From NCBI GenBank assembly GCA_947365805.1, contig CANAZY010000005.1, positions 41,889 to 105,888 on the forward strand: 64,000 bases of DNA, written 5' to 3'. The position numbers were made by a program, and so were the translations under genes. Below, one piece after another: positions 8,200-17,264 of this stretch; position 1 is the stretch's first letter; every line of letters begins with the position of its first letter. The stretch is from an uncultured Clostridium sp. Its GTDB lineage: Bacteria; Bacillota; Clostridia; TANB77; CAG-508. The notes below the pieces were generated by a model. That model was not told where the DNA came from, ran no database searches, and saw nothing but the letters and a program-made list of their open reading frames with translations.

Positions 8200-9699
8200 T
8201 TAATATTTATTTGTTATATATTTTTGATTTTTAGTATTTGGTTTATCTGGTATAGTCATTTGTAATTTTCCACTATCTAATAATGGTCTCATGTATTTCA
8301 AATAAAAGTTTCTTCTGTCTTTTAAATCTAAATATGCCATTATTTCTTTCGTTGTTCTTGGCTCTCTACAAAATTCTAATATTTTATCTTGGTGGGTATC
8401 TTGGTGGGTATCTTGGTGGGTTGCTGTTTGTTTTTTCGTTTCATTTTCAAATCCATCATGCATAAATATTGTTGTAATAAAATAATCTCTGGTCTCATTT
8501 GTTTCAAACTCTGGCTCTTTTGAACCATTATTCTTTAATGCTCTTTTTATTTTAGGAACACCTGTATTTCTACCTTCTGTTAATTTTAATTCTTTTAAAA
8601 ATTCTCCAATTCTACGGTTTCTATATTTTCTTGCTATCATATTTTTATCTTCAATTGATTTTTCGCTTATTGAACGGTCTGGTCCTGGATAGCTTACAAT
8701 ATGGATTCTATCTTCCATTATTCTTACTTCTACTGGTTCTCTTACATCATATCCTCTATGATAAACTGCATTTACTAATGCTTCCTCTATTGCTTGGTAT
8801 GGATAATTAAAAAATCTTACCGCTTCTGCTTGTCCATCTATCTTCAATATTTTTTCTACAATAACAGTATTTTTAATATATGTTAATGCACTCTTTATCA
8901 TACTATCTATTGGTCCTTTAAATATTTGCTCTGTCATATCATCACCTTCTGGACCATTCCTTAAATCTACTACTTCTATTTGCGAATATGGAAAAAATTT
9001 TTGTGGTTCATCATTGAAAAACATTAAGCCTACATTTAGTGGTTTCATATATTCTGGTGTACCATCTATAATTCTCATACTTTTGCATAAATCCATAAAA
9101 TCCATTGTTTCAGATTCTTTTAGTAAATCACTTTTGATTTCATATAAGTAATTTTGAATTAATGGTAATTTCAAATCTCTAATCTCTGCCTCATGGTTCA
9201 TTCTGTCATCAAAAGGTATTGTTCTTGCCATATCATATAATTCTTTTTGTTCTGTCTCTGTTGCTTTTACTGTGCTTGACATTTTTCTTATATAATAGGA
9301 ATATCCTTTTGAAAAGTCTTTATCTAATGTCGTAGGACATTTATATGGTCTTGTTTGTCCTCCGAAACACCATACTACTAGTATATTTTTTTCTTTATAT
9401 CGTGCAACATCTACTATTGGTGTATATGATGGTTGAATTAACTTACATTTTGCTAATAACTCTTTTTGAATTTTATCTATTTCAGATAATTCTAAACCTG
9501 TTATTGGCATTTTAGGTCTTCCATTTTCTTCTTCAACACCAATTAGAATATATCCTCCGCCCCAGTTATCTATATCATTTGCAAATGCACAAATCGTATG
9601 TAATATTGGTTCTGGATTCCAATTTTTCTTTAATTCTAATCTTGCATTTTCTACAATGTTTTCGTTTAATATATTTTCTATACTTGTAGGTAATTTCAT
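8200..9699 (-). CDS. AlbA_2 (Schlafen-like) domain plus HATPase-like putative DNA-binding protein with C-terminal winged helix
   Basis: 499 aa. N-terminal ENARLELKKNW...ICAFANDIDNWGGGYILIGV is the typical AlbA_2 signature. Carries an internal THQD x3 repeat. Confidence 0.55.
   Translation of the reverse strand: MKLPTSIENILNENIVENARLELKKNWNPEPILHTICAFANDIDNWGGGYILIGVEEENGRPKMPITGLELSEIDKIQKELLAKCKLIQPSYTPIVDVARYKEKNILVVWCFGGQTRPYKCPTTLDKDFSKGYSYYIRKMSSTVKATETEQKELYDMARTIPFDDRMNHEAEIRDLKLPLIQNYLYEIKSDLLKESETMDFMDLCKSMRIIDGTPEYMKPLNVGLMFFNDEPQKFFPYSQIEVVDLRNGPEGDDMTEQIFKGPIDSMIKSALTYIKNTVIVEKILKIDGQAEAVRFFNYPYQAIEEALVNAVYHRGYDVREPVEVRIMEDRIHIVSYPGPDRSISEKSIEDKNMIARKYRNRRIGEFLKELKLTEGRNTGVPKIKRALKNNGSKEPEFETNETRDYFITTIFMHDGFENETKKQTATHQDTHQDTHQDKILEFCREPRTTKEIMAYLDLKDRRNFYLKYMRPLLDSGKLQMTIPDKPNTKNQKYITNKY
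8387..8422. repeat. 12-bp tandem repeat x3 inside the CDS (encodes THQDTHQDTHQD)
   Basis: tcttggtgggta repeated at 8387, 8399 and 8411. Confidence 0.85.
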
Positions 9700-9759
9700 T
9701 CTTTCACCGCCCTTATCAATTGTCCAATTTCTTTGGACAATTTAAAATTGTATAAATAT

Positions 9760-11082
9760 TTAAAATGGATCTTCAATCTCAAATTCAATTGGTTCTTGTT
9801 CTAAAAGTTCCAATTGTTCTTCAGATAAATATTTTCTATCTATAACTACACTTAATACAAATTCATTAAAGAAATTATCATTCATTATATAATACCCATT
9901 TACTTTTTCTTTATTTCCATAGCTGTCTTCAATTTTCCATCTCTGTGGTTTATCATTAATTAAATTAACTCCTGTAAATGTCATAACATGATGCATACTA
10001 ATATCGTATAAATTTAATGCTTCTTCTTTTGATAATGTTTTTAAATTTAATGTATCTTCATAATTATACAATCTAGTATCTAATATTCCAGATTTTTTAT
10101 CTCTAAATTTCAAAATATGTGCTCCCATATATACTGGAATATTATCTTTTAGTTGCTTTATTGTTAATTCTTTTAAATCGTCTATTGGTAAATTTAAATA
10201 TTTAACATAAGAGTTTTGATATACATTTCCTAAATATTTCTTTTTATACATTTTGTAATATTCCTTGTTATACATAGGCATATTTGCTATTGTTACAAAA
10301 TTTTCTAATTCCAAATCTAAAAATCTATTTTTAAATTCGATTGGTGTTACATTTTCAATCCTTTTATATTCGCCATTTTTATTTTTATACTCATAATTAA
10401 ATTCTGTTAGTGGTTCTCCTAGTATTTTGCATAATAAAATATAATTTTCTTGTAAAAACTTATTTTTTTCTTCTCTTAATGAATTGATACCTGTTCCATT
10501 TTTCTTTAGATTTAGTAATTCTATAATATCCTTTTTTACTTTTTCAGTATATAAATACTCTACTTTTTCATAGTTTGTACTTTCAACTGCATTTGGATTA
10601 TAAGAATATGGAACTATTCCATATTTATTTATAATTGCTACAAACCATTCCCAGTATCCACCTTCTGAAACAGAATATTTTATAATATTTTCCTTATGAA
10701 GATGATCAAAACTAGTATCTTCTGTATTTATTATATTTTCATAAGCATTATTTGACTTTTCTAATTTATCAAAAAATGCAATATGATTATTAGATAATTC
10801 TAAATCCATAACATTCATATTTAAATTTTTAGCTATATTATGTTTTATTAGATTCAAACCACCATATATCCAACATCTCCAACTATCTTGTTGGTCACAT
10901 CTTTTACTATCTGGTAATTCTATATTAAAAACTGGTTGATTTTCTATTATAATATCTCTATTAATACAAGCATTCTCTAGACCATTTTTAGTTATAGCAT
11001 TTTCTATTATTTTATTAGTTTTATTTGAATTATAAATTTTATTAAATTCTTCTATTTGTTCTAATTTTATTTGATCATCCAT
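9760..11082 (-). CDS. pepC: aminopeptidase C (C1-family bleomycin-hydrolase-like cysteine peptidase)
   Basis: 440 aa. QQDSWRCWIYGGLN active-site Cys context, with length and C-terminus typical of PepC. Confidence 0.8.
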   Translation of the reverse strand: MDDQIKLEQIEEFNKIYNSNKTNKIIENAITKNGLENACINRDIIIENQPVFNIELPDSKRCDQQDSWRCWIYGGLNLIKHNIAKNLNMNVMDLELSNNHIAFFDKLEKSNNAYENIINTEDTSFDHLHKENIIKYSVSEGGYWEWFVAIINKYGIVPYSYNPNAVESTNYEKVEYLYTEKVKKDIIELLNLKKNGTGINSLREEKNKFLQENYILLCKILGEPLTEFNYEYKNKNGEYKRIENVTPIEFKNRFLDLELENFVTIANMPMYNKEYYKMYKKKYLGNVYQNSYVKYLNLPIDDLKELTIKQLKDNIPVYMGAHILKFRDKKSGILDTRLYNYEDTLNLKTLSKEEALNLYDISMHHVMTFTGVNLINDKPQRWKIEDSYGNKEKVNGYYIMNDNFFNEFVLSVVIDRKYLSEEQLELLEQEPIEFEIEDPF

Positions 11083-11143
11083 TTTATCTCCTTCATACTA
11101 TTTTTAATATAAATTCCCATAATGATTTCTCTTATTTTATATT

Positions 11144-11425
11144 CTATACAATCTCTTCGCTATTTATATCAAATGATGGTGTGCATATAATTGCAAATCT
11201 TACTTTACCATCAATGCTATGTTTAGAATTTACAGGAATTAAAACGAAATCACCTTGTTCAACATTATTTTTTTCACCATCAATAGTTACAATTGCATTT
11301 CCATCTAGTATGAAATAATATTTTATACTCTTTCTATTTATAAAAATCCCATGGAATCCATCCAATTCACCTATTACAAAATCCATAGGCATATTTTTTC
11401 CAGCAAACAGGTCTCTTATTTTCAT
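11144..11425 (-). CDS. cupin-domain protein (93 aa)
   Basis: GDFVLIPVNSKHSIDG cupin motif. Start moved to ATG 11425, preceded by AGGAG. The longer track ORF lacks an RBS. Confidence 0.6.
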   Translation of the reverse strand: MKIRDLFAGKNMPMDFVIGELDGFHGIFINRKSIKYYFILDGNAIVTIDGEKNNVEQGDFVLIPVNSKHSIDGKVRFAIICTPSFDINSEEIV

Positions 11426-11720
11426 ATTATCTCCTACACTTCTTTCTTGTGCCATTTTATATTTATAAACCATTCTTCTTCCTCCAATTATATTTTTATT
11501 TATATTATCATAAAAACGCAAAAAAAGAAAGCCTTTTACCAAAGACTTCCAATTTAAGTTTTATCTCCAAACATCATTTATTTTTCTTTATAAAATTATA
11601 CTACTCCTCATACCATATCAACTTCTATCGTTACCTTAATTTTATTATTTTCAACTCTTTTAACCTTATTTTTACCTTTTCTCTCAAAACTAATAAAATC
11701 TTCAAATGCAGTAAATTCAA

Positions 11721-13103
11721 CTATTGTATCGAATCTTTTAGATATAGCACCGAGCAACATTCCACGTGGCTTGTAAATGGGAACATATCTACTGGTTGGA
11801 TTTGTTGTATTTCATATTGTTCTTCAAATTCTTTTAAATCACGTATTAGCGTTGCAGGATTACAACTTATATATACAAATCGTTCTGGTTTTATTTTTAG
11901 TATATTCTCGACTGTATGTGTATCCAATCCTTTCCTTGGTGGGTCTACAAAAACAACATTTGGTTTTGCTTTTTCTTTTTGTAGAACGTCTTCTAAAATT
12001 TGTTCTACATCACCACAATAAAATTCCATATTTTCTATTTTGTTTATTTTTGCATTTTCTTTTGCATCTTGGATTGCTTGGGCTACAATTTCAATTCCAT
12101 AAACTTGTTTTACATATGGTGATGCGAAAGTTCCTATTGTTCCGATTCCACAATATAAATCTAAAACAATATCTTCTTTATTTAAGTTTGCTCCTTTTAT
12201 GGCTGTATTGTACAATTTTTCAGTTTGTACTGGATTAATTTGATAAAAGGATAATGGAGAAATATTAAATGTAAAGTCTCCTAATTTATCTTTTATGTAT
12301 CCATTGCCATATAAGATTTTGTTCTTATCTCCCATAATGACATTGGTGTTTTTTTGATTAATATTTTTTACAATAGTTTTTATTTGTGGGAATTTAGTTT
12401 TTAGTGCTTCCACTAATTTTGCTTCATTTGGAATGGTTTTTTCATTTGTAACAAGGACGCACATCACTTCATTTGTTTTAAGTCCTACTTTTACTACAAT
12501 ATGGCGAATGGCTCCTTTTCCTGTTTTTTCGTTATAAGCCGAAATTTGATTGTGTTTCATAAAATCGATTATGAATTTTGCAATTTCTTGTGATATTGGC
12601 ATTTGAATCGCACAAGAGTCTAATTCGATTATTTCATGTGTTCTTTGTGCATATACACCTGTTATAATTTCTCCGTTTTTGCTATATCCTACAGGATATT
12701 GTGCCTTATTACGATAAAAAAATGGTTTTTCCATCCCTATGGTTTCTTTTACAATTACTTTTTTTGCTAACGTTTTATTAATTAGATTTTGTACCATATC
12801 TCTTTTTAATTTTAGCGTTTCTTCATACTTCATATGTCTTAAATTACAACCACCACATCGTTTATAGGTATTACAATCTGCATTTTGTCTAGCATTAGAA
12901 GAGGTAAGAATCTCTAAGACTTTTCCAAATGCATGTGAGGTATTAACTTTTACAATTAGTATTTTTACCTTTTCGCCTTTCATTGCACCTGGTATAAAAA
13001 CGGTAAAATTTTCAATTTTAGCAATTCCTTCTCCATCACAACCATAATCAATAATGTCTACAACATATTCTCTATTTTTTTGAACTAGTATTTTATTTTC
13101 CAT
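11721..13103 (-). CDS. rlmD: 23S rRNA (uracil-5-)-methyltransferase RumA/RlmD family
   Basis: 460 aa. TRAM-like N-terminus, Cys cluster CNTYKRCGGCNLRHM, SAM motif DLYCGIGTIG and C-terminal VDMFPFTSHVECC. Confidence 0.85.
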   Translation of the reverse strand: MENKILVQKNREYVVDIIDYGCDGEGIAKIENFTVFIPGAMKGEKVKILIVKVNTSHAFGKVLEILTSSNARQNADCNTYKRCGGCNLRHMKYEETLKLKRDMVQNLINKTLAKKVIVKETIGMEKPFFYRNKAQYPVGYSKNGEIITGVYAQRTHEIIELDSCAIQMPISQEIAKFIIDFMKHNQISAYNEKTGKGAIRHIVVKVGLKTNEVMCVLVTNEKTIPNEAKLVEALKTKFPQIKTIVKNINQKNTNVIMGDKNKILYGNGYIKDKLGDFTFNISPLSFYQINPVQTEKLYNTAIKGANLNKEDIVLDLYCGIGTIGTFASPYVKQVYGIEIVAQAIQDAKENAKINKIENMEFYCGDVEQILEDVLQKEKAKPNVVFVDPPRKGLDTHTVENILKIKPERFVYISCNPATLIRDLKEFEEQYEIQQIQPVDMFPFTSHVECCSVLYLKDSIQ

Positions 13104-13112
13104 TCTTTACTC

Positions 13113-13850
13113 CTAATTTTTTCTTTGTAAAATGTTAAAAAGCATGCTTCCATCTCTATAATCTGCAACACAACAAAAGTCTATCATTCCATTTTTATTT
13201 AGTTTTTCATAAATTTGATTATTATAGGATGCTAAATCATCGTTTTCGTTTGGTTGATGAACAAATATCACCTTTCCACCATTGTTATGTACAAATTCCA
13301 TTGCTGGCGCATCTGTATAGCCATCACCTATAAAATAAACATTTCTACAATCCATTTCTTGTCTATTATTCTTTCTTAATATATCACAAATAGCTAATAT
13401 CTTCTTCTCATCTGTCATCACTTCACCAATTCCAGAAATTAATCCACTTTTATTATGTTGCATGAGTGTTCCATAAATCCCTTTAAAATGTTTTGCTGTT
13501 TCAAGATTTTGTAAGAATTCTCTTAATCCTCCAGAAACAATATAATTCTTCGCACATGACATTTCCAAGAAATCATTTATTCCAGGATTATAGGTAATAT
13601 ATTTCTCTCCTTGCATTAATTCTTCATATGTAATCGTTTCCTTTTGCCCTACTAATAAATCATTAAAAAAGCCAAAAAATGTTTCAAGTTCATTTCCAAT
13701 ATGATTTTTTCGATATTCTGTAAGTGCATTTTCTAAATTGGCATTTCTTTCTTCTCCATTATATCCAAATTTTTTAACCCATACCCAAAACTTTGGCCAA
13801 GTTTGTGTTGTTAATGTTCCATCAAAATCAAATATATTTATTGGTTCCAT
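13113..13850 (-). CDS. HAD-superfamily hydrolase
   Basis: FDFDGTLT motif I and GDGYTD motif. Start at 13850 (GGAGG 5 nt upstream) is preferred over 13889. Confidence 0.65.
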   Translation of the reverse strand: MEPINIFDFDGTLTTQTWPKFWVWVKKFGYNGEERNANLENALTEYRKNHIGNELETFFGFFNDLLVGQKETITYEELMQGEKYITYNPGINDFLEMSCAKNYIVSGGLREFLQNLETAKHFKGIYGTLMQHNKSGLISGIGEVMTDEKKILAICDILRKNNRQEMDCRNVYFIGDGYTDAPAMEFVHNNGGKVIFVHQPNENDDLASYNNQIYEKLNKNGMIDFCCVADYRDGSMLFNILQRKN

Positions 13851-14002
13851 ATTAGCCTCCATTCTCTTGTCATTATATACAAATTTCACATAGTTTGCAA
13901 TATAATTATGAAGATTTGATTCTTACAAATTTTAAAAAATTCCCAATTTCTATTGACAACAAAATCACAAATATGCTAAGATATAATCTGTTAATACGAA
14001 AT

Positions 14003-14086
14003 GCGGATGTGGCGGAACTGGTAGACGCGCTGGTCTTAGGAACCAGTGTCAACGACGTGGGGGTTCGAGTCCCTTCATCCGCACCA
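14003..14086 (+). tRNA. tRNA-Leu, anticodon TAG, long variable arm, encoded CCA
   Basis: Acceptor GCGGATG/CATCCGC. Anticodon stem CTGGT/ACCAG with loop CTTAGGA. T-arm GGGGGTTCGAGTCCC. Confidence 0.9.
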
Positions 14087-14370
14087 GTCTGGGTGTTCTT
14101 ATAGGATTTAACGTCTTATAAAAACACTTTTTTTATTATGCCGATAATTTATGAGCGTTACATTTACACCTTTTCTTGTATTTACTGTTACATCTACATT
14201 TGATAGCTTTTTTATATAAAGTTGCTCCCGTATTACATATCGGGAGCATCCGTGGCTGTTGCTCCGCATTGCCACGCATTAATGTATATAACATAAGGAA
14301 AGTTATTGTAACATTTTCAAAAATATAGTATAATTATTAAAATATTTAGTGAGTTACGGAGAAAATTGAT

Positions 14371-14878
14371 ATGAATATTATATATAGAAAAATAAAAGAA
14401 GAAGATAAAGAAACTGTGAATAATCTATATGAGAAACTTTTAGATGATCATGGATGTAATGTAGGTATGGGAAATCGGATATGGATATTGGATTTGGAAT
14501 AAATTATTTAGTCAAGAAAATAGTTATAATGCTTATGTTGCTTCTTTGTCAAATGATTATGGAATAGAAAGTGAAATAGTTGGTTATATAATGTTAGAAT
14601 TAAATAAAAGAGAAAGTTATTCATTTATTCAAGGGTTATTTGTAGAAGAAAGATATAGACATAGAGGGATAGCTAAAAGATTAATAAATGAAGCTGAAAA
14701 TTATTCAAGAAGTATAGGATGTAAAAATATAGAAGCTGAAATAAAAAATTATCTATTCGGATTTTATAACGATTTGGGATTTTCTATGTGTAAAAAGAAA
14801 AATGATTCAACATATTTCTTTTCTAAAAGTTTAGAAAGAATCAAAGAAATAAGCGAAGACAGAGATTTGGAACGATAA
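14371..14878 (+). CDS. GNAT-family N-acetyltransferase, interrupted; needs a +1 shift at CGG 14476-14478
   Basis: N-part MNIIYRKIKEED...VGMGN ends 8 codons after the CGG. The +1 frame gives GYGYWIWNKLF...FVEERYRHRGIAKRLI (GNAT motif A). Confidence 0.6.
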
Positions 14879-14930
14879 TTTTTGATGAAATACATTTGAC
14901 AAAATAAAAAAATGTCTGTATAATAAAGAT

Positions 14931-15020
14931 AGAAAATGAGAGCCACAGAAATGTGTGCTACCATATAAATTATATGTTAAAACACCACAAAGCTTGGCAG
15001 AGCATATGTGGTGCTTTTAT
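14931..15020 (+). ncRNA. candidate antitoxin sRNA of a type I TA locus
   Basis: Promoter TTGACA (14896-14901), 17 nt, TATAAT (14919-14924). Terminator CACCACA/TGTGGTG plus CTTTTATT (14983-15020) is shared with the convergent toxin mRNA. Contains TACCATATA, complementary to the toxin start-codon region. Confidence 0.5.
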
Positions 15021-15133
15021 TATTTGCTCAAAATTACTACTATTGCAATAATCAAGGCAAATGCTATAATAGTCATTCCTACTAAACCGTATAAAAGTAA
15101 GTATATTATCATTAACATAGCTTGTTTTACCAT
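15020..15133 (-). CDS. 37-aa hydrophobic peptide, candidate type I toxin (Fst/Ldr-like architecture)
   Basis: Own translation: MVKQAMLMIIYLLLYGLVGMTIIAFALIIAIVVILSK. GGAGG lies 9 nt before the ATG. Minus-strand promoter TTGTAT (15244-15249), 17 nt, TATAGT (15221-15226). Too short for the ORF track. Confidence 0.55.
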   Translation of the reverse strand: MVKQAMLMIIYLLLYGLVGMTIIAFALIIAIVVILSK

Positions 15134-15761
15134 ATAGCACCACCTCCATTCTCACAGTCAAAACTGTGTATGTAAAGTGGTAGCACCCATGCTGCTTATT
15201 CTCATTTTCTATTGTTTATAACTATATAACATTATTACTAAAAATACAAGAGAACAAAACAAATTTTTGAGAATAATGTAAAGATACTTTTTTTGCGTGC
15301 CGTGTAATTATTGATTTTTCAACATTTTGTGAAAGTTCCTATAAGAACACTCCGACCAATAACGTTTCTGTTCGAACTAAACCAGAACAGATAGATATGA
15401 AAATCAATCAGAAATTAAAATCTGGTTGATTTTTTTGTTGTCTAAAAACAATATGAAATCATCCAAACGAAAGGATGGTGCGAAAAATGAAGATAACTAA
15501 TCAATTTATTGACCAATTTTAATATGCTCTTATTCAAAAATGGTCAATAAATTTCAAAAATACTCCCTTGAAAATCCATAAACTTTATGTTAATATTATA
15601 TAATCATGAATTTTTAATTCACTGTAATAAAAACGAGCAACGTATTTGTGATAATTTCACAAATGGAAAGGAGGTAATGTTATGATTATGAATAGTGAAG
15701 CTTTAACAAAAGAGGAAGGACACGAATAGCCAAAGAGACTAATCGTTAGGAGGTATACTAC

Positions 15762-16259
15762 ATGAATAACGACAACTCTAACATTTTCAGTAATCAATCA
15801 GGTATAAGCCTATGGGATCCACCAGAGGAATCTACATATTATGACCGAAAAATGGATTTACAAGGCGAGGTTCCCACTAGTGGTTCAATGGAGGAAGCAA
15901 AGATGCTTTTTAAATGTAAGTACAGAAAAACAAACAAAAAGAATTTAGTATCATTTGCGTTGTTTCTTACTATAGTAGTAATTCTACTACTTACATCTGT
16001 TGTTTTTTATGAAAAAACGCATGCTGAATTTGATAAGAAAATTTCAGGAAAAGAAGCAATAGTAATAAGCGAAACTGCAACTATTCATTATGATGAGCCT
16101 TTGGGACGGAATACAGATACCGTCACAAAGTCGAAAAAGCTTATCTTGACTGGAAAAGTAGCACATTTCTTACAAGATGATATGCCTATGATGGAAGTTC
16201 GTTTAGAAGACGGTACTTTCGCTTGGATATCTAAAAGAGATATTGCTATTTCAGAATAA
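15762..16259 (+). CDS. membrane-anchored protein with C-terminal SH3b-like domain
   Basis: 165 aa. One TM segment (LVSFALFLTIVVILLLTSVVF) and the ending MEVRLEDGTFAWISKRDI. Contains an in-frame CGG (16107-16109) read in the 0 frame. Confidence 0.55.
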   Translation: MNNDNSNIFSNQSGISLWDPPEESTYYDRKMDLQGEVPTSGSMEEAKMLFKCKYRKTNKKNLVSFALFLTIVVILLLTSVVFYEKTHAEFDKKISGKEAIVISETATIHYDEPLGRNTDTVTKSKKLILTGKVAHFLQDDMPMMEVRLEDGTFAWISKRDIAISE

Positions 16260-16274
16260 CTAAAACGACAATGA

Positions 16275-16317
16275 AAAATAGCGAATTGGAAATCTGTTTT
16301 TTCAATTCGCTATTTTT
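16275..16317. terminator. bidirectional rho-independent terminator
   Basis: AAAATAGCGAATTG / CAATTCGCTATTTT with a T-run. Confidence 0.7.
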
Positions 16318-16414
16318 CAGTTTATAAGAGTTTCGAAAAAAAATTTAATCTTTTAATTAAGCACAAATCTCACGCCCTACTGGTTGTTTCTTATCCTGTA
16401 GGGCGTATCCATCT

Positions 16415-16585
16415 TTATTTTTTCTCGTCATAGTGATAACTAGAACACATTGATTCATCTGGTTGTTTTGTTTTACAATCTTGTATTGGTGTAACAATAA
16501 TCTGCTCTAAGGAACATTCTTGTTCTTGGTTTTTGTTGTATTTGCAACTTGTTACTGTACAATTAATTTTTTGATTTTTATCCAT
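16415..16585 (-). CDS. DUF1540-family small Cys-rich protein
   Basis: MDKNQKINCTVTSCKYNKNQ..C. AGGAGG upstream of ATG 16585. Confidence 0.6.
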   Translation of the reverse strand: MDKNQKINCTVTSCKYNKNQEQECSLEQIIVTPIQDCKTKQPDESMCSSYHYDEKK

Positions 16586-16646
16586 AAAAAATGACCTCCT
16601 CTTTTTTAATAGTATGGCCATTTTTTCGCGTTTCTATTTAACTTTT

Positions 16647-17240
16647 TTATTTTATTTCTTTTTTTGATTCAATTTGTTTTGTCTTTGTTTCTTCAACACT
16701 TCGATTACAACATTCTTGAGGTTGTTTAAAACTTAAATACCAATTAAATCCATTTCGATTTTTTGCAATATCACTCATTCTTTCTTCTAGTGCTTGATAC
16801 GTTTGTGGCATTGGTACAATCATTGGTTCATATGGGCACCAATTAGCAGGTGTTGCACCTTTATTACAATCTGCAATTTGTAAAGCTTGTAATAACCTTA
16901 GTATTTCTGGTATGCATCTTCCTACATTCATTGGATAAACTAAAATCGCACGAACAATTCCTTTGTCATCTATGATAAACACATTTCGAACTGTTTCGGT
17001 ATTGCTTATATCATTTGAAATCATACCGTATTTTCTTGCAATCGTTCCATTTCTATCTGCTATAATTGGAAAAGGAACACGAATTCCTGTCTTACAATAA
17101 ATATCATACATCCACGCTAAGTGTGAGGCACTGCTATCTACACTTAATCCCAATAAACAAGCATTTTGTGCCTTAAAATATGTATCCGCCTTACTAAATG
17201 CTATCATTTCAGTCGTACAAACGGGGGTAAAGTCTCTCAA
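16647..17240 (-). pseudogene. peroxiredoxin (Prx6/1-Cys-like), 3' portion beginning at the active-site motif; separated from its 5' portion by a 7-kb insertion
   Basis: Begins ..DFTPVCTTEMIAF and continues with the typical Prx fold (HLAWMYDI, FPIIADRNG, RNVFIIDDKGIVRA). The N-terminal about 50 aa are at 24239..24394. Confidence 0.85.
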
Positions 17241-17264
17241 TGTGGGGATTATTATTTTTATTAT

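Noticed and set aside
11426-11542. N-terminal extensions of track ORFs. Examples: 11144..11542, 13113..13889, 18594..20222, 44886..45143, 49305..49994, 54252..55025 and 56827..58071.
   Set aside because: Internal ATG codons preceded by strong GGAGG-type RBS give products that start where the protein families start. The upstream parts lack an RBS.
14929-15220. Inverted repeat ATAGAAAATGAGA...GTGCTACCA considered as terminal repeats of a tiny transposon.
   Set aside because: Each copy sits directly downstream of a good promoter pointing inward. The copies flank a peptide gene and a shared terminator, so they are better explained as the 5' ends of convergent toxin and antitoxin transcripts.
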